A program made the position numbers and the translations under genes. A stretch of 64,000 nt of DNA from Candidatus Hydrogenedentota bacterium (GTDB taxonomy: Bacteria > Hydrogenedentota > Hydrogenedentia > Hydrogenedentales > SLHB01), in contig BTVY01000014.1 in assembly GCA_045863335.1 (NCBI GenBank), positions 32,001 to 96,000 of the forward strand, read 5' to 3'. Positions 18,473 through 28,296 of the stretch are shown piece by piece; positions within the stretch are counted from its first letter, which is position 1; every line of letters starts with the position of its first letter. The notes beneath the pieces were generated by a model. That model made no database searches. It saw nothing but the letters and a program-made list of their open reading frames with translations, and was not told the origin of the DNA.

Positions 18473-19780
18473 ATGCAACGCAGGAATTTGACCCGGCGTA
18501 CCTTCCTGATGGGCGCGGCCGCCATGGCCGCGGGATGCGCTACGGGCGGCAAACGTTCGATCTCGCCGAATGAGAAACTGAACATCGCCGCAATCGGCGT
18601 CGGCGGCCAGGGCGGCGCGGATTTGCGCTCCGTGGCGCATGAGAACATCGTCGCCATCTGCGACCTGGACCCGAACTATGCCGCGCGCGTGTTCAATGCC
18701 TTCGCCGATGTCCCCAAGTACACCGACTTCCGCGAGATGTTCGACAAGCAGAAGGACATCGAGGCGGTGGTCATCGCCACGCCGGATCACACCCACTACT
18801 TCGCCGCGAAGGCGGCCATTGAACGGGGCATCCACGTCTACGTCGAAAAGCCCATGTGCCATTACATTCCCGAGGCGCGCAAGTTGACGCAGCTCGCCAA
18901 AGACGCGGGCGTCGCCACGCAGATGGGCAACCAGGGCCACTCCTTCTACGGCGTCTGGCAACTGAAATCAATGATTGAGGAAGGTTGGCTGGGCCTGGTC
19001 CGCGAGGTCCATTGTTGGACCAACCGGCCCTCGTGGCCCCAGGGCATTGATCGGCCCACGGACATTCCGCCGGTGCCCGAAGGGCTGGACTGGGATCTCT
19101 GGCTCGGCTCGGCCCCGGCGCGTCCCTACCATCCCGAGTATTGCCCCCACAAATGGCGCGGCTGGTGGGATTTCGGATGCGCGGCCCTGGGCGACATGGG
19201 CTGCCATATTCTCGACGCGCCCTACACGGCGCTGAACCTCGGCATGCCCACGCGCGTAAGCGCGGAATCCTCCGGCGTGAATAGCGAGACCGGGCCGAAG
19301 TGGTCCATCATCACCTTCGAGTTTCCCGCGCGCGGTGAGATGCCGCCCGTGAAGCTGACCTGGCACGACGGCGGCAAGATGCCGGCCATGCCTGAAGGCA
19401 TCGACCCCAGCACCAAGCTCGGCGACAGCGACGGCGGCTCCTTGCTCATTGGCGACAGGGCCGTGTTGACCATCGGCACCTACGGCGGCAACCCGCGGCT
19501 ATTGCCGGAGGAAAAGCAGAAAGAGTACGAAGCGGCGCATCCGGATCGGCCCGAAGGCGTCAGCCACCACCGCACCTGGATCGACGCTTGCAAGGGCGGC
19601 ACCCCCTCGCTTTCCAACTTCGATTACGCGGGGCCCTTCACGGAACTCGTCCTGCTCGGCAACGTCGCCCTTCGCGCCGGGGTACCCATCGATTGGGACG
19701 CGGTAAAGATGCAGGTGAGCAACGCGCCGGAAGCCAACCAGTTCGTGACGCGGCCGTATCGGGAGCCGTGGGTGTTTTAG
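18473..19780 (+). CDS. Tat-exported Gfo/Idh/MocA family oxidoreductase
   Basis: TRRTFL Tat motif, IGVGGQG, ATPDHTH, VEKP, QMGNQ, GDMGCH. Confidence 0.92.
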   Translation: MQRRNLTRRTFLMGAAAMAAGCATGGKRSISPNEKLNIAAIGVGGQGGADLRSVAHENIVAICDLDPNYAARVFNAFADVPKYTDFREMFDKQKDIEAVVIATPDHTHYFAAKAAIERGIHVYVEKPMCHYIPEARKLTQLAKDAGVATQMGNQGHSFYGVWQLKSMIEEGWLGLVREVHCWTNRPSWPQGIDRPTDIPPVPEGLDWDLWLGSAPARPYHPEYCPHKWRGWWDFGCAALGDMGCHILDAPYTALNLGMPTRVSAESSGVNSETGPKWSIITFEFPARGEMPPVKLTWHDGGKMPAMPEGIDPSTKLGDSDGGSLLIGDRAVLTIGTYGGNPRLLPEEKQKEYEAAHPDRPEGVSHHRTWIDACKGGTPSLSNFDYAGPFTELVLLGNVALRAGVPIDWDAVKMQVSNAPEANQFVTRPYREPWVF

Positions 19781-19787
19781 AAGGTGG

Positions 19788-19883
19788 ATGGACGGTATGG
19801 ACTCTATGGACAAAATGGACGGATTGGGGCTGGCGGGACGAGTTCGATAGGTTCATTCTGTCCATAGAGTCCATACTGTCCAT
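19788..19883. repeat. 33-bp inverted repeat built from 9-bp ATGGACnnn units
   Basis: left arm ATGGACGGTATGGACTCTATGGACAAAATGGAC pairs with 19851-19883 with 3 mismatches. Confidence 0.75.
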
Positions 19884-20038
19884 ATTCTTCAAGTCCCCGC
19901 CGCGACCCGGTCTCCCCCTACCCTCCAAGTTTCTTATTGCTAATCCGACACAATTCAGGTAAACTCTTGTCCTTTTGAGGACTGCATCGGTTCTTGGTGA
20001 AAAAGCGCAGTTTCGCGCAGAGAGGCCCCTGGTATTTC

Positions 20039-21916
20039 ATGACCACGTCGGACAAGATTCGTAATCTGGCGATTGTCGCCCATATCGATCATGGCAAAAC
20101 GACCCTGATCGACTCGATTTTCCGCGCCACGCACACGTTCCGCGAGAACGCCCGCGTGGACGAGCGGGTCATGGACAACAACGAGTTAGAGCGCGAGCGC
20201 GGCATCACCATCCGGGCCAAGCACTGCACGGTCGAATGGCAGGACTACCGCATCAACATCATCGACACGCCGGGCCACGCCGATTTCTCGGGCGAGGTCG
20301 AGCGGGTGCTATCCATGGTCGATTCGGTGCTGCTCCTCGTGGACGCGAATGAAGGCCCCATGCCGCAAACGCGCTACGTCCTGATGCGGGCCCTGAAACT
20401 GGGGCTCAAGCCCATTGTCATCGTCAACAAGGCCGACCGGCCCAACGCCAATCCCGCGGGCGCGCTGGACAAGACCTTCGACCTCTTCCTCGAACTCGGC
20501 GCCAACGACGAGCAGGCCGATTTCCCGGTGCTGTACGGCTCCGGCCTCCACGGCTGGTTCGTCCATGATCTGGAAACCGACGAGCGGAACGGCATGGACC
20601 CCTTGTTCGAGACGATCATCGAGCGCGTGCCGCCGCCCCTCGTTAACCCCGATGCGCCGTTCCTCATGCAGGTCAGCACCATCGCCTGGCGCGATCATAT
20701 CGGCCGCGTCGGCTGCGGGCGCGTCCTGCAAGGCACGCTCAAGAAGGGTAAACATTTCATCCGCACGACGACCCAGTGGAAAGACTACTGCCAGTCGGAG
20801 GGTTGGGAAGTGGTCGACGCGGTGGAAGAGAAGAGCACGCACCTTTGGGTGACGCGCGGGCTTGATGCAATTGAGGTGACCAGTGTGACCGCCGGCGACA
20901 TCGTCTGGGTCGCGGGTCCCAAGGAAATTCACATCGGCGACACCTTCTCCGCCGAAGAAATCGAGGACCCGGCCTTGCCGCCGCTGGAAATCGAAGAGCC
21001 GACGGTGTCCATGCTGTTCCTCGTGAACAACGGCCCCCTGTCCGGCAAGGAAGGCCGCGCGGTCACCCTGCGTCAGATCAAGGATCGCCTGAACCGCGAA
21101 CTGCGCGTGAACGTGGCGCTCCGCGTCGAAGATCTGGGCCGCGCCGACGGCGTCAAAGTCAGCGGCCGCGGCGAGCTGCATCTCGCGATCCTCATCGAAG
21201 AGATGCGCCGCGAAGGCATGGAGCTGTGCGTATCCGCGCCGGAGATCATCACCCATCGCGATTCCCATGGCGCGTTGCTGGAGCCCATGGAAGAGTTGGT
21301 CATCGACGTGCCGAACGAGTATCAGGGCGTGGTGATTGAGAAGGTCGCCAAGCGCAAGGGCGAACTCACCAGCATGCACAATGCGGGCACCGGCATGATC
21401 CGGCTCGAATTCAAGATTCCCACCCGCGGTCTCATCGGATACCGCAACGATTTCCTTACTGACACCCGCGGCCTCGGTATCATGGCCTCGCGCTTCGTCG
21501 GCTACGGACCCTGGTGCGGCGAGGTTGTGGCACGGCAGCGCGGCTCCATGGTCAGCATGGACACGGGCGACGCCACCAGCTACAGCCTGGACAACTTGCA
21601 ACAGCGCGGGACCATGTTCGTCAAGCCGATGGACCCCGTCTACACGGGCATGATCATCGGCGAGAATTCCCGCCCCGGCGATTTGCCCTGCAACCCGACG
21701 AAGACTAAGGCCCTCACCAACCACCGCGCCGCCGGAAAAGATCACACGACAGCGCTGGATGTGCCGCGCACGCTCACGCTGGATACAGCTATGGAGTGGA
21801 TCGCCCCGGACGAGTTGGTGGAAGTGACACCCCAGTCCATTCGCGTACGCAAAGCCGTGCTCGACGCCGAGGAACGCAAGCGCATCGAGAAGCGGACTTC
21901 CGCGCTGGCGGGCTGA
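20039..21916 (+). CDS. typA: translational GTPase TypA/BipA
   Basis: [48 protein letters not shown]. Confidence 0.97.
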   Translation: MTTSDKIRNLAIVAHIDHGKTTLIDSIFRATHTFRENARVDERVMDNNELERERGITIRAKHCTVEWQDYRINIIDTPGHADFSGEVERVLSMVDSVLLLVDANEGPMPQTRYVLMRALKLGLKPIVIVNKADRPNANPAGALDKTFDLFLELGANDEQADFPVLYGSGLHGWFVHDLETDERNGMDPLFETIIERVPPPLVNPDAPFLMQVSTIAWRDHIGRVGCGRVLQGTLKKGKHFIRTTTQWKDYCQSEGWEVVDAVEEKSTHLWVTRGLDAIEVTSVTAGDIVWVAGPKEIHIGDTFSAEEIEDPALPPLEIEEPTVSMLFLVNNGPLSGKEGRAVTLRQIKDRLNRELRVNVALRVEDLGRADGVKVSGRGELHLAILIEEMRREGMELCVSAPEIITHRDSHGALLEPMEELVIDVPNEYQGVVIEKVAKRKGELTSMHNAGTGMIRLEFKIPTRGLIGYRNDFLTDTRGLGIMASRFVGYGPWCGEVVARQRGSMVSMDTGDATSYSLDNLQQRGTMFVKPMDPVYTGMIIGENSRPGDLPCNPTKTKALTNHRAAGKDHTTALDVPRTLTLDTAMEWIAPDELVEVTPQSIRVRKAVLDAEERKRIEKRTSALAG

Positions 21917-21960
21917 GGGGCAAACGCCGGTTGCGGCGCAGGCTGATGGGTGCATGCTAA

Positions 21961-21984
21961 TTGTGGTGCAGGCTTCCAGCCTGC
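21961..21984 (+). repeat. REP-like palindrome (GTGG + GCAGGCT-TCC-AGCCTGC)
   Basis: GTRG tetranucleotide followed by 7-bp hairpin; degenerate half copy at 21931-21945. Confidence 0.6.
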
Positions 21985-22162
21985 GGATTTGTGATGAGGC
22001 ATGCCCTCTGATCTATACTGGTGGCTGCATGTTGGCTCCCATCGGTTGCCTGTGAGGAACCCCCATTCCCCGCCGGAGACTTCGCGCCCGCCTCTGCGAC
22101 CCCCGCTTGCGGCGCGTCCGATGGTACAAAGCTGCAATCGGAATCGGAGGTTTCCATCATAT

Positions 22163-23371
22163 ATGCCCTTTGACGCGTTCGACCTGGACCCTCGCTGTCT
22201 GCGGGTACTCCACGAAGCGGACATTCAGACGCCCACGCCTATTCAGGCCCAGGCCATCCCCGTGGCCCTGACTGGCCGGGACGTGATCGGTGTCGCGCAG
22301 ACGGGCACGGGCAAGACGCTCGCCTTTACCCTTCCCAGCCTGACCCGCCTGGCCCAGGAGAAACTGCGCCGCAACATGATGCTGGTGCTCGTCCCCACGC
22401 GGGAATTGGCGGTCCAAGTGGAAAAGGTGGTCGAGGAAATCGGTAAGCCCCTGCAGATCCGAAGCGTTGCCGTCTACGGAGGCGTCAGCCTCGAACGACA
22501 GGCAGGTGAACTCAAACGCGGCCGCGCCGTCGTCGTGGCTACGCCGGGGCGCCTGCTGGATCACATGGGCCGGGGCAATCTGAGCTTCGAGGAGTTGTCC
22601 ATTTTGGTCCTTGACGAAGCGGACCGCATGCTGGATATGGGCTTCCTGCCCGACATCCGAAAGATCCTGCGGAAGCTCCCGCGCGAACGGCAGACCTTGA
22701 TGTTCTCCGCCACGTTTCCGGACGAAATCAATCGCCTCACCGGCGAAATGATGCATAACCCGGAACGCGTGAGCGTGGGCGCCATATCCCGTCCCGTGGA
22801 CGCGGTCCGGCAGCTCTTGTATACCGTCATGCCGGAACACAAGTCGGAATTGCTGCTCGACATCCTTCGCTCGAAGGACATCAAGTCAGCGGTCGTCTTT
22901 CTCCGCACGAAACAGCGCACCGAGCGCGTTGCGCAGACCTTGCGCAAGCAGGGATTCAAAGCTGCGGCCATCCACGGCGACCGCTCGCAGAAACAGCGCG
23001 AACAGGCCCTCGATGGATTCCGCAAAGGCAAGTACCGGGTGTTGGTGGCCACCGACGTGGCCGCGCGCGGGCTCGACGTGGAAGGCATCAGCCACGTCAT
23101 CAATTTCGACATTCCCCCGACCGCCGACGACTACATCCACCGCATCGGCCGTACCGCCCGCGCCGAAGCCGAAGGCGACGCCATCACCTTCGTCTCCCCC
23201 AGCGAACACCTCCCCCTCGAAGCCATCGAACGCGCCCTCGCCCGCCGCCTCCCCCGCGCCGAATGGGAAAAGGCCGTGCCCGTGCTCTCCCTCTACTCGC
23301 CCCCCGGCGAGAGCAAGAAAACCTCCAGCAGCCGGCGCCGCACCGGCGGCAGGCTGCTGCGGAGGCGATAG
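22163..23371 (+). CDS. DEAD-box RNA helicase (RhlE-like)
   Basis: Q motif PTPIQ, AQTGTGKT, PTRELA, TPGRL, DEAD, SAT, HRIGRTAR; GGAGG RBS. Confidence 0.95.
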   Translation: MPFDAFDLDPRCLRVLHEADIQTPTPIQAQAIPVALTGRDVIGVAQTGTGKTLAFTLPSLTRLAQEKLRRNMMLVLVPTRELAVQVEKVVEEIGKPLQIRSVAVYGGVSLERQAGELKRGRAVVVATPGRLLDHMGRGNLSFEELSILVLDEADRMLDMGFLPDIRKILRKLPRERQTLMFSATFPDEINRLTGEMMHNPERVSVGAISRPVDAVRQLLYTVMPEHKSELLLDILRSKDIKSAVVFLRTKQRTERVAQTLRKQGFKAAAIHGDRSQKQREQALDGFRKGKYRVLVATDVAARGLDVEGISHVINFDIPPTADDYIHRIGRTARAEAEGDAITFVSPSEHLPLEAIERALARRLPRAEWEKAVPVLSLYSPPGESKKTSSSRRRTGGRLLRRR

Positions 23372-23466
23372 GGGACAACAAGTACTCGCTCTGTCGATGA
23401 CCGCGCGAGGTCGTCCCCGAGGAACTTGGTTTCTCGCATTCGGCCCTGGCGCTTGCACAGTTCGCG

Positions 23467-23497
23467 GGAGTGCCGCGCTCGTCGAGCAAGGCACTAC
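23467..23497 (-). repeat. REP-like hairpin; core also present at 17154-17171
   Basis: GTGCCGCGCTCGTCGAGC (23470-23487) versus GTGCCGCGCTCATCGAGC (17154-17171), 17/18 identical; minus strand begins GTAG. Confidence 0.55.
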
Positions 23498-23595
23498 GGC
23501 CGCTCTGCGCGATCGAATTCAGCCAGGCTTGATCGAACCATTACGGAACGCGGATAGGTCGAATTCGATGGATAGAACGCTCGAGCTTCTGCTCG

Positions 23596-23835
23596 TCAAG
23601 CCGTGCCCTGCATGGCGTTCACGAATTCTCGGCCTGACATGGGTGGCGGAAGCGGTCGCCCCTCTTGTTCGTACAACCGGATGTTCTCTTCGACTATTTC
23701 GCACAGCATATCGAATACATTCCGGGCGTCGGGACCATGGCAGCCTCCGTAGAACAACTCAGGACAACTTCCTATAAAGCAGCAATCATCGTCGGACCAC
23801 TCGACGATCTTGACGTACCGGTTTCCCACACTCAT
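23596..23835 (-). CDS. HicB-like antitoxin domain protein
   Basis: YVKIVEWSDDD..FIGSCPEL...CHG...EGRPLPPP, the HicB RNase H-like fold pattern; GGAGG RBS. Confidence 0.75.
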   Translation of the reverse strand: MSVGNRYVKIVEWSDDDCCFIGSCPELFYGGCHGPDARNVFDMLCEIVEENIRLYEQEGRPLPPPMSGREFVNAMQGTA

Positions 23836-23861
23836 TCTCGTGCCTCCAGATACAATCCCCG

Positions 23862-24179
23862 TTACGCCGGCTCATCCACCTCATCCAAATTGGCTTCTGC
23901 GTGCAGTCTCAAACCCAAAGCGCCGACGACTTTGAGAATCGTGTCGAAACTCGGCGTTCGTTCACCGGACAGCGCTTTATATAGGCTTTCGCGGGAAACA
24001 CCAGCGTCGCGAGCCACTTGGGACATTCCTTTCGCTCGTGCGATATCGCCAAGCGCCTTCGCGATGAATGCAGCATCTCCGTTGGCCTCTTCGAAGCTCG
24101 CTTCAAGATATGCTGCCATTTCTTCAGGAGTACGAAGATGCTCGGCCACGTCGTATCGTGTCGTGATTGTCTTTGCCAT
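23862..24179 (-). CDS. addiction module antidote protein, HI1420 family (HTH)
   Basis: YDVAEHL.T.EEMAAYL, ALGDIARAKGMSQVARDAGVSRESLYKALS, PSFDTILKV. Confidence 0.92.
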   Translation of the reverse strand: MAKTITTRYDVAEHLRTPEEMAAYLEASFEEANGDAAFIAKALGDIARAKGMSQVARDAGVSRESLYKALSGERTPSFDTILKVVGALGLRLHAEANLDEVDEPA

Positions 24180-24188
24180 CAAATATTC

Positions 24189-24482
24189 CTATTCCAGGTT
24201 TCGCGCCAACTGCAACGCGGTCTTGATATCTCGACTCTGCGTACTCTTGTCGCCCCCGGCCAACAATATGATCAACTCTCGTTTGCGCCTTACGAAATAC
24301 ACCCGGTAACCGGGCCCATAATCAATCCGCAACTCAGAGACACCTTCACCGATTGGCCGCACATCCCCAGGATTCCCCGCCGCCAAGCGTTCAACCCTGA
24401 CAAGTATTCGAGCTCGCGCACGGACGTCTCGCAATCCGTCTAGCCAATTGGCGTAAACATGAGTTTTGCGGATTTCGGTCAC
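24189..24482 (-). CDS. addiction module killer protein, HI1419 family (RelE/ParE-like toxin)
   Basis: WLDGLRD.RARARI, GNPGD, GVSELRIDYGPGYRVYF, LLAGGDKSTQ. Confidence 0.93.
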   Translation of the reverse strand: MTEIRKTHVYANWLDGLRDVRARARILVRVERLAAGNPGDVRPIGEGVSELRIDYGPGYRVYFVRRKRELIILLAGGDKSTQSRDIKTALQLARNLE

Positions 24483-24488
24483 TTTTCA

Positions 24489-24517
24489 ATTGTAGCCCAT
24501 AGGCTACAAGCTGTCAA
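24489..24517 (-). promoter_or_regulatory. sigma70 promoter with overlapping palindromic operator for the toxin-antitoxin operon
   Basis: minus strand TTGACA-N17-TACAAT; perfect inverted repeat TTGTAGCC-CATA-GGCTACAA at 24490-24509. Confidence 0.8.
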
Positions 24518-24640
24518 GGCTGACATGAGGCGCGAGTCGGAGAACTCAGATGCTCCGTCACAATGTGCGAATTTGGTCCTACAGGTCCGTATAATGTCGT
24601 TCCTGCATATGCAACACCCGATCCGGGAGGAGAAACATAC

Positions 24641-26920
24641 GTGCCGATAACTCGTTCATATCTCATGCTCATCCTGTCGTTCGTAATGGTTGGAATCGCC
24701 CACGCCGCTACGCCCATTCCCGATACGCCCTTCATTCAGGAGTATCACGAGCCGTATTCGATCCAACCGGGGCAGGCGGGCGATGACGTGCGTGCGGTGG
24801 CGGTCGATCCGTCGGGCGTGGTCTGGGCGGCGACGGGTGGGGGACTCTGGTCGTTGCGGGATGGCGGATGGTCGCGACAGGAAGGCATTACCGAGGGGAG
24901 CACATTCGACGTTTTTGTCGAGCCTTCCGACGGCGGGACCGTGGTCTGGGTAGCCGCATGGGACGGCCTCTACTCGGTGTCCGACGGCGAAACGATTAAG
25001 CATGCCGACGTGGAAGGGCCGGTGTCCGTGGTGGGTCAAGGTCCGGATGGCGTTGTGGCGCTCGGGCCGAACGGCTCGTGGATGAAGAAGAGTGGCGAAT
25101 GGATCGAACTCGAGGGCAACTGGTCGCGCAATCTACACGATGTGACCAGGGGACCCGACGGCCATCTCTGGGTCGCCACGCATATGGGCTTGTATAAGCA
25201 GAGCGACGAGGGCCTTCGCCGGTTCTTCCAGCCGAACGAGTTGTACTCCGCCGCGGTGAACGGTATCGCCTTCGCGCCGGATGGCCGGCTCTGGGTGGGC
25301 AGCTGGGGCGGCATCAGCGTGCTGGAAAACGATGTCTGTGTGGATCAGATCATCGGCGAGGACGGATTACCCTGGTGGAACGTGACGTGCATGGCCTTCG
25401 CGCCAGACGGCACACTCTGGGCCGGCACGACGCAAGGCGTTTCGCGTTACCATGATTCCCGGGAGTGGATCGCGCGCAATAACGGAAGTAAGTGGTCGCA
25501 CCGTCACAGCCGCCGTTGGTTGCTCAGTGACGAGGTGCGCTCCATCGCTTTCGACAGCGAAGGCACCGCGTGGATCGGCACCAGCAAAGGCGTCAGCGCG
25601 ATCAAGCGCCGCATCATGACGCTGGCCGAAAAGGCGGAGTTCTACCAGCAGCGCCTGGAAGAACGCCACGTGCGCCCTCCGGGATTCGTGGAGAAATGCC
25701 GCTATCCCAATCCCGAAGACCGCCGCGTATGGGAACCCGTCGATGACGACAACGACGGCGAGTACACGAGCTTGTACATGATCATGGAGTCCATGCGCTA
25801 CGCAGTGACCAAGGATCCGCAGGCCAAGGCCAACGCCGATCGCGCGTATGAAGCGTTGGAGTATCTGCGTATCGTGACGGACTCCGACGGGTTCTTCGCG
25901 CGTACAGTGGTCCCGTCGACCTGGGAAACCATGGCCGATATGAACGAGGAGTTCACGGAAGAGCAGGTCGCCGAACGGCAAGTGCGTGATCCGCGTTGGA
26001 AACCGGTCGAGAAGCGGTGGCGGTTGTCATCCGACGGCAAATGGTACTGGAAGGGCGATACCAGTTCCGACGAAATCGTCGGCCACTTTGCGGGCTACCT
26101 CTTCTACTACGATCTGGTGGCTGACGACGCGCGGAAAATGCGGGTGGCGAACCACGTGAAGACCATTATGGATCACGTCATTCGCCATGATTACACGCTC
26201 ACCGATCCCATCGACGGCAAACCCACACGCTGGGGCGTCTGGACGCCGCAGATCTTGCATACCGACCAAGACTGGTGGGTCGAAGGCCAAATCAACGCGG
26301 TCGAGATGCTGTCGTTCTTAAAACTGACGCAATACCTGACCGGCGAAGCGAAGTACCAGCGGCTTTATGAAAAGTGGCTGGACACCTACAACTTCAAAGA
26401 AATCGCGCGCCGTCCCAAAGCGCCGAACCGCTCCGAATGGAGCCATATCGACGACACGATCATGGCGGAAATCATGCCCGTACTTTTGAAGTACGAGAAT
26501 GATCCCGGGCTGCGCGAACTCTACATGGAAGGCTTCACGTGGTCGTACCGCATGGTCGAGCACGATCAAAACCCCTGGTTCAACTTCACCTTCGGCATGC
26601 TTGGCGGCGAGAACTTTCACGCGGCAGAGAGCGTGGAGTTTCTCCGCGACCAGCCCCTCGACCTGATCCAATGGCAAATCGATAACTCGTTCCGCGAAGA
26701 CATCGACCTCGTGCGCAACCCCATGCAGGAACCCCTCCAGACCAGCCGCATGCTTCCCCCCAGCGAGCGCGGCGTCATGCGCTGGGACAAGAACCCCTGG
26801 GCCGTGATCTCCGGCGACTTCTCCCATCCCGAAGGCATCCTGGAAAGTAGCGGCGTGTTCTGGCTGCTTCCCTACTGGATGGGCCGTTACTGCGGGTTTA
26901 TCGAGGCGCCGTCAGGCTAG
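24641..26920 (+). CDS. secreted protein: two-component-regulator-type beta-propeller plus C-terminal helical-barrel hydrolase-like domain
   Basis: signal peptide; repeated V.AIAFAPDG.LWVG/GT blades; C-terminal DNDGEYT, WKGDTSSDE, LLPYWMGRY; GGAGGAG RBS before GTG. Confidence 0.75.
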   Translation: MPITRSYLMLILSFVMVGIAHAATPIPDTPFIQEYHEPYSIQPGQAGDDVRAVAVDPSGVVWAATGGGLWSLRDGGWSRQEGITEGSTFDVFVEPSDGGTVVWVAAWDGLYSVSDGETIKHADVEGPVSVVGQGPDGVVALGPNGSWMKKSGEWIELEGNWSRNLHDVTRGPDGHLWVATHMGLYKQSDEGLRRFFQPNELYSAAVNGIAFAPDGRLWVGSWGGISVLENDVCVDQIIGEDGLPWWNVTCMAFAPDGTLWAGTTQGVSRYHDSREWIARNNGSKWSHRHSRRWLLSDEVRSIAFDSEGTAWIGTSKGVSAIKRRIMTLAEKAEFYQQRLEERHVRPPGFVEKCRYPNPEDRRVWEPVDDDNDGEYTSLYMIMESMRYAVTKDPQAKANADRAYEALEYLRIVTDSDGFFARTVVPSTWETMADMNEEFTEEQVAERQVRDPRWKPVEKRWRLSSDGKWYWKGDTSSDEIVGHFAGYLFYYDLVADDARKMRVANHVKTIMDHVIRHDYTLTDPIDGKPTRWGVWTPQILHTDQDWWVEGQINAVEMLSFLKLTQYLTGEAKYQRLYEKWLDTYNFKEIARRPKAPNRSEWSHIDDTIMAEIMPVLLKYENDPGLRELYMEGFTWSYRMVEHDQNPWFNFTFGMLGGENFHAAESVEFLRDQPLDLIQWQIDNSFREDIDLVRNPMQEPLQTSRMLPPSERGVMRWDKNPWAVISGDFSHPEGILESSGVFWLLPYWMGRYCGFIEAPSG

Positions 26921-26936
26921 TTGAGGCAGCCAGATA

Positions 26937-26973
26937 CAGGCCATGCCGCATTTCTGAAATGCGGTATGGCCTG
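26937..26973. terminator. long hairpin after the propeller gene (terminator or activator site)
   Basis: CAGGCCATGCCGCATTTC-T-GAAATGCGGTATGGCCTG, 18-bp near-perfect palindrome. Confidence 0.55.
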
Positions 26974-27092
26974 CCTCATTTGCGCATCATGGATTCCACT
27001 CCCATTCCAACGCGTCTCGCGCGCTCCGCGATAAATAATTGAGGTATGTAGGCTTGGGAAAAAACCTTCCTTTGCGACCGGCTTTGTCTCAT

Positions 27093-27108
27093 TGGTATAC
27101 GTTTTGCT
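27093..27108 (+). promoter_or_regulatory. sigma54 (-24/-12) promoter of hsp20
   Basis: TGGTATACGTTTTGCT = GG-N10-GC with TTGC, about 60 nt upstream of the ATG. Confidence 0.6.
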
Positions 27109-27170
27109 CCCCCAACGGTGACGCGATATGTCACGTGAACTTCGAATTCGGCCGTAGGAGGTGAATCGTC

Positions 27171-27938
27171 ATGAGTGAGCACGAAAGCAAACCGGCGGAT
27201 GCGGCCCGCTCGGCGCGCTCGAAATGGCTCTTCGCTGTCGTGGGCGCGCTCGTTGTAGCTGTCGCGATTCAAAGCATCTATCTGTGGCAAATGCATGATC
27301 GCCTGGAGAAAGCGGTCGCGGCCCACACCGACGCAGACGATAACGAGGGTTGGATAGAAATCCCCCGTCCGGACTCGCTGGACCGGAATCGTCCCGGCCC
27401 TTCGCAGTCCAGGGCAACGCCACCGGGTACCCTGTCTTTTGGTAGGCCAGACCCGTTCCTACAACCCTTTGACCCGAAAACATGGGACCCATTCCGAGAA
27501 ATGGATCGCATGCGATCCGAAATGGACCGGATCTTTAACGAGGCCTTCGGGCGATTCCACACTAGTCCCCGATTTGGTAGTCTCGCCGGTCAGAATACGT
27601 ACAGCCCCAGCTTCGATCTTTCCGACGAACCGGACCGCTACGTGGTGAAGGTTGATGTGCCGGGCGCCAGCGAACACGACATCACGGTGACCTTGGAGGG
27701 TCAAGACCTCACGATCAGCGGAACGCGCACCGACACACGATCTCAACAAGAAGACGGCAAACTGCTGCGACAGGAACGCGTCACGGGTCAGTTTCATCGT
27801 ACGCTGACGCTGCCAGAGCCGGTGGACGACACCCAAATGAAGACCACCTATGAAGACGGCGTATTCACGGTAACGTTGCCCAAACTGAAAGCGCCTCATG
27901 GATCCATCGATCCCAGCAAGAGCGTTCGTATGAAGTAG
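27171..27938 (+). CDS. Hsp20/alpha-crystallin family protein with N-terminal TM helix
   Basis: AGGAGGT RBS; WDPF.EM motif, P.FDL.DE.DRY.V..DVPG, LTISG, ER..G.F.R...LP, YEDGVFTVTLPK. Confidence 0.9.
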   Translation: MSEHESKPADAARSARSKWLFAVVGALVVAVAIQSIYLWQMHDRLEKAVAAHTDADDNEGWIEIPRPDSLDRNRPGPSQSRATPPGTLSFGRPDPFLQPFDPKTWDPFREMDRMRSEMDRIFNEAFGRFHTSPRFGSLAGQNTYSPSFDLSDEPDRYVVKVDVPGASEHDITVTLEGQDLTISGTRTDTRSQQEDGKLLRQERVTGQFHRTLTLPEPVDDTQMKTTYEDGVFTVTLPKLKAPHGSIDPSKSVRMK

Positions 27939-28296
27939 TCCAAATATTCGCGCAAGAGAGCGTAAAGCCGCAAAAGGTGTCCCGCGCAGTTCGCGCAGGG
28001 CGCTTTTTGCGTTTTTGGCCGCGCCGTGCCGATATGGAGGTAGAATGCAACGGCACGAGACGGTCCGAATCCAGGTGGCAAACGCGTTCTCAGAATAGTG
28101 CACCATCAGCCACAAGAACGCGTCCGTACCGTTCACCGCAAACCGACGAGAAGGGAGGTTTTCGTTCGGAGTGGAACAGCCCGGTTCTGAAGGCGCTCAA
28201 TGAATTCCCTACCGTAACCTTTCGAGGCAATCGATGAGCGCGGCACTGACGTACTTGTCGTCGCTCATGGCGGGATAACTCTCTGAAGGCCATGCG

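Noticed and set aside
22929-23777. 282-aa Pro/Ser/Ala-rich ORF overlapping the helicase 3' end
   Set aside because: Alternative-frame product of a C-rich, codon-biased stretch; the helicase frame is intact, so no frameshift is needed.
27948-28020. Imperfect GCAAAAG...CTTTTTGC hairpin after hsp20
   Set aside because: Probably a degenerate terminator or repeat; too imperfect to call.
28090-28293. 67-aa ORF starting just after the radical SAM stop, considered as a RiPP precursor
   Set aside because: No clear RBS or leader/core pattern; the enzyme lacks SPASM/RRE features and no peptidase or transporter is adjacent.
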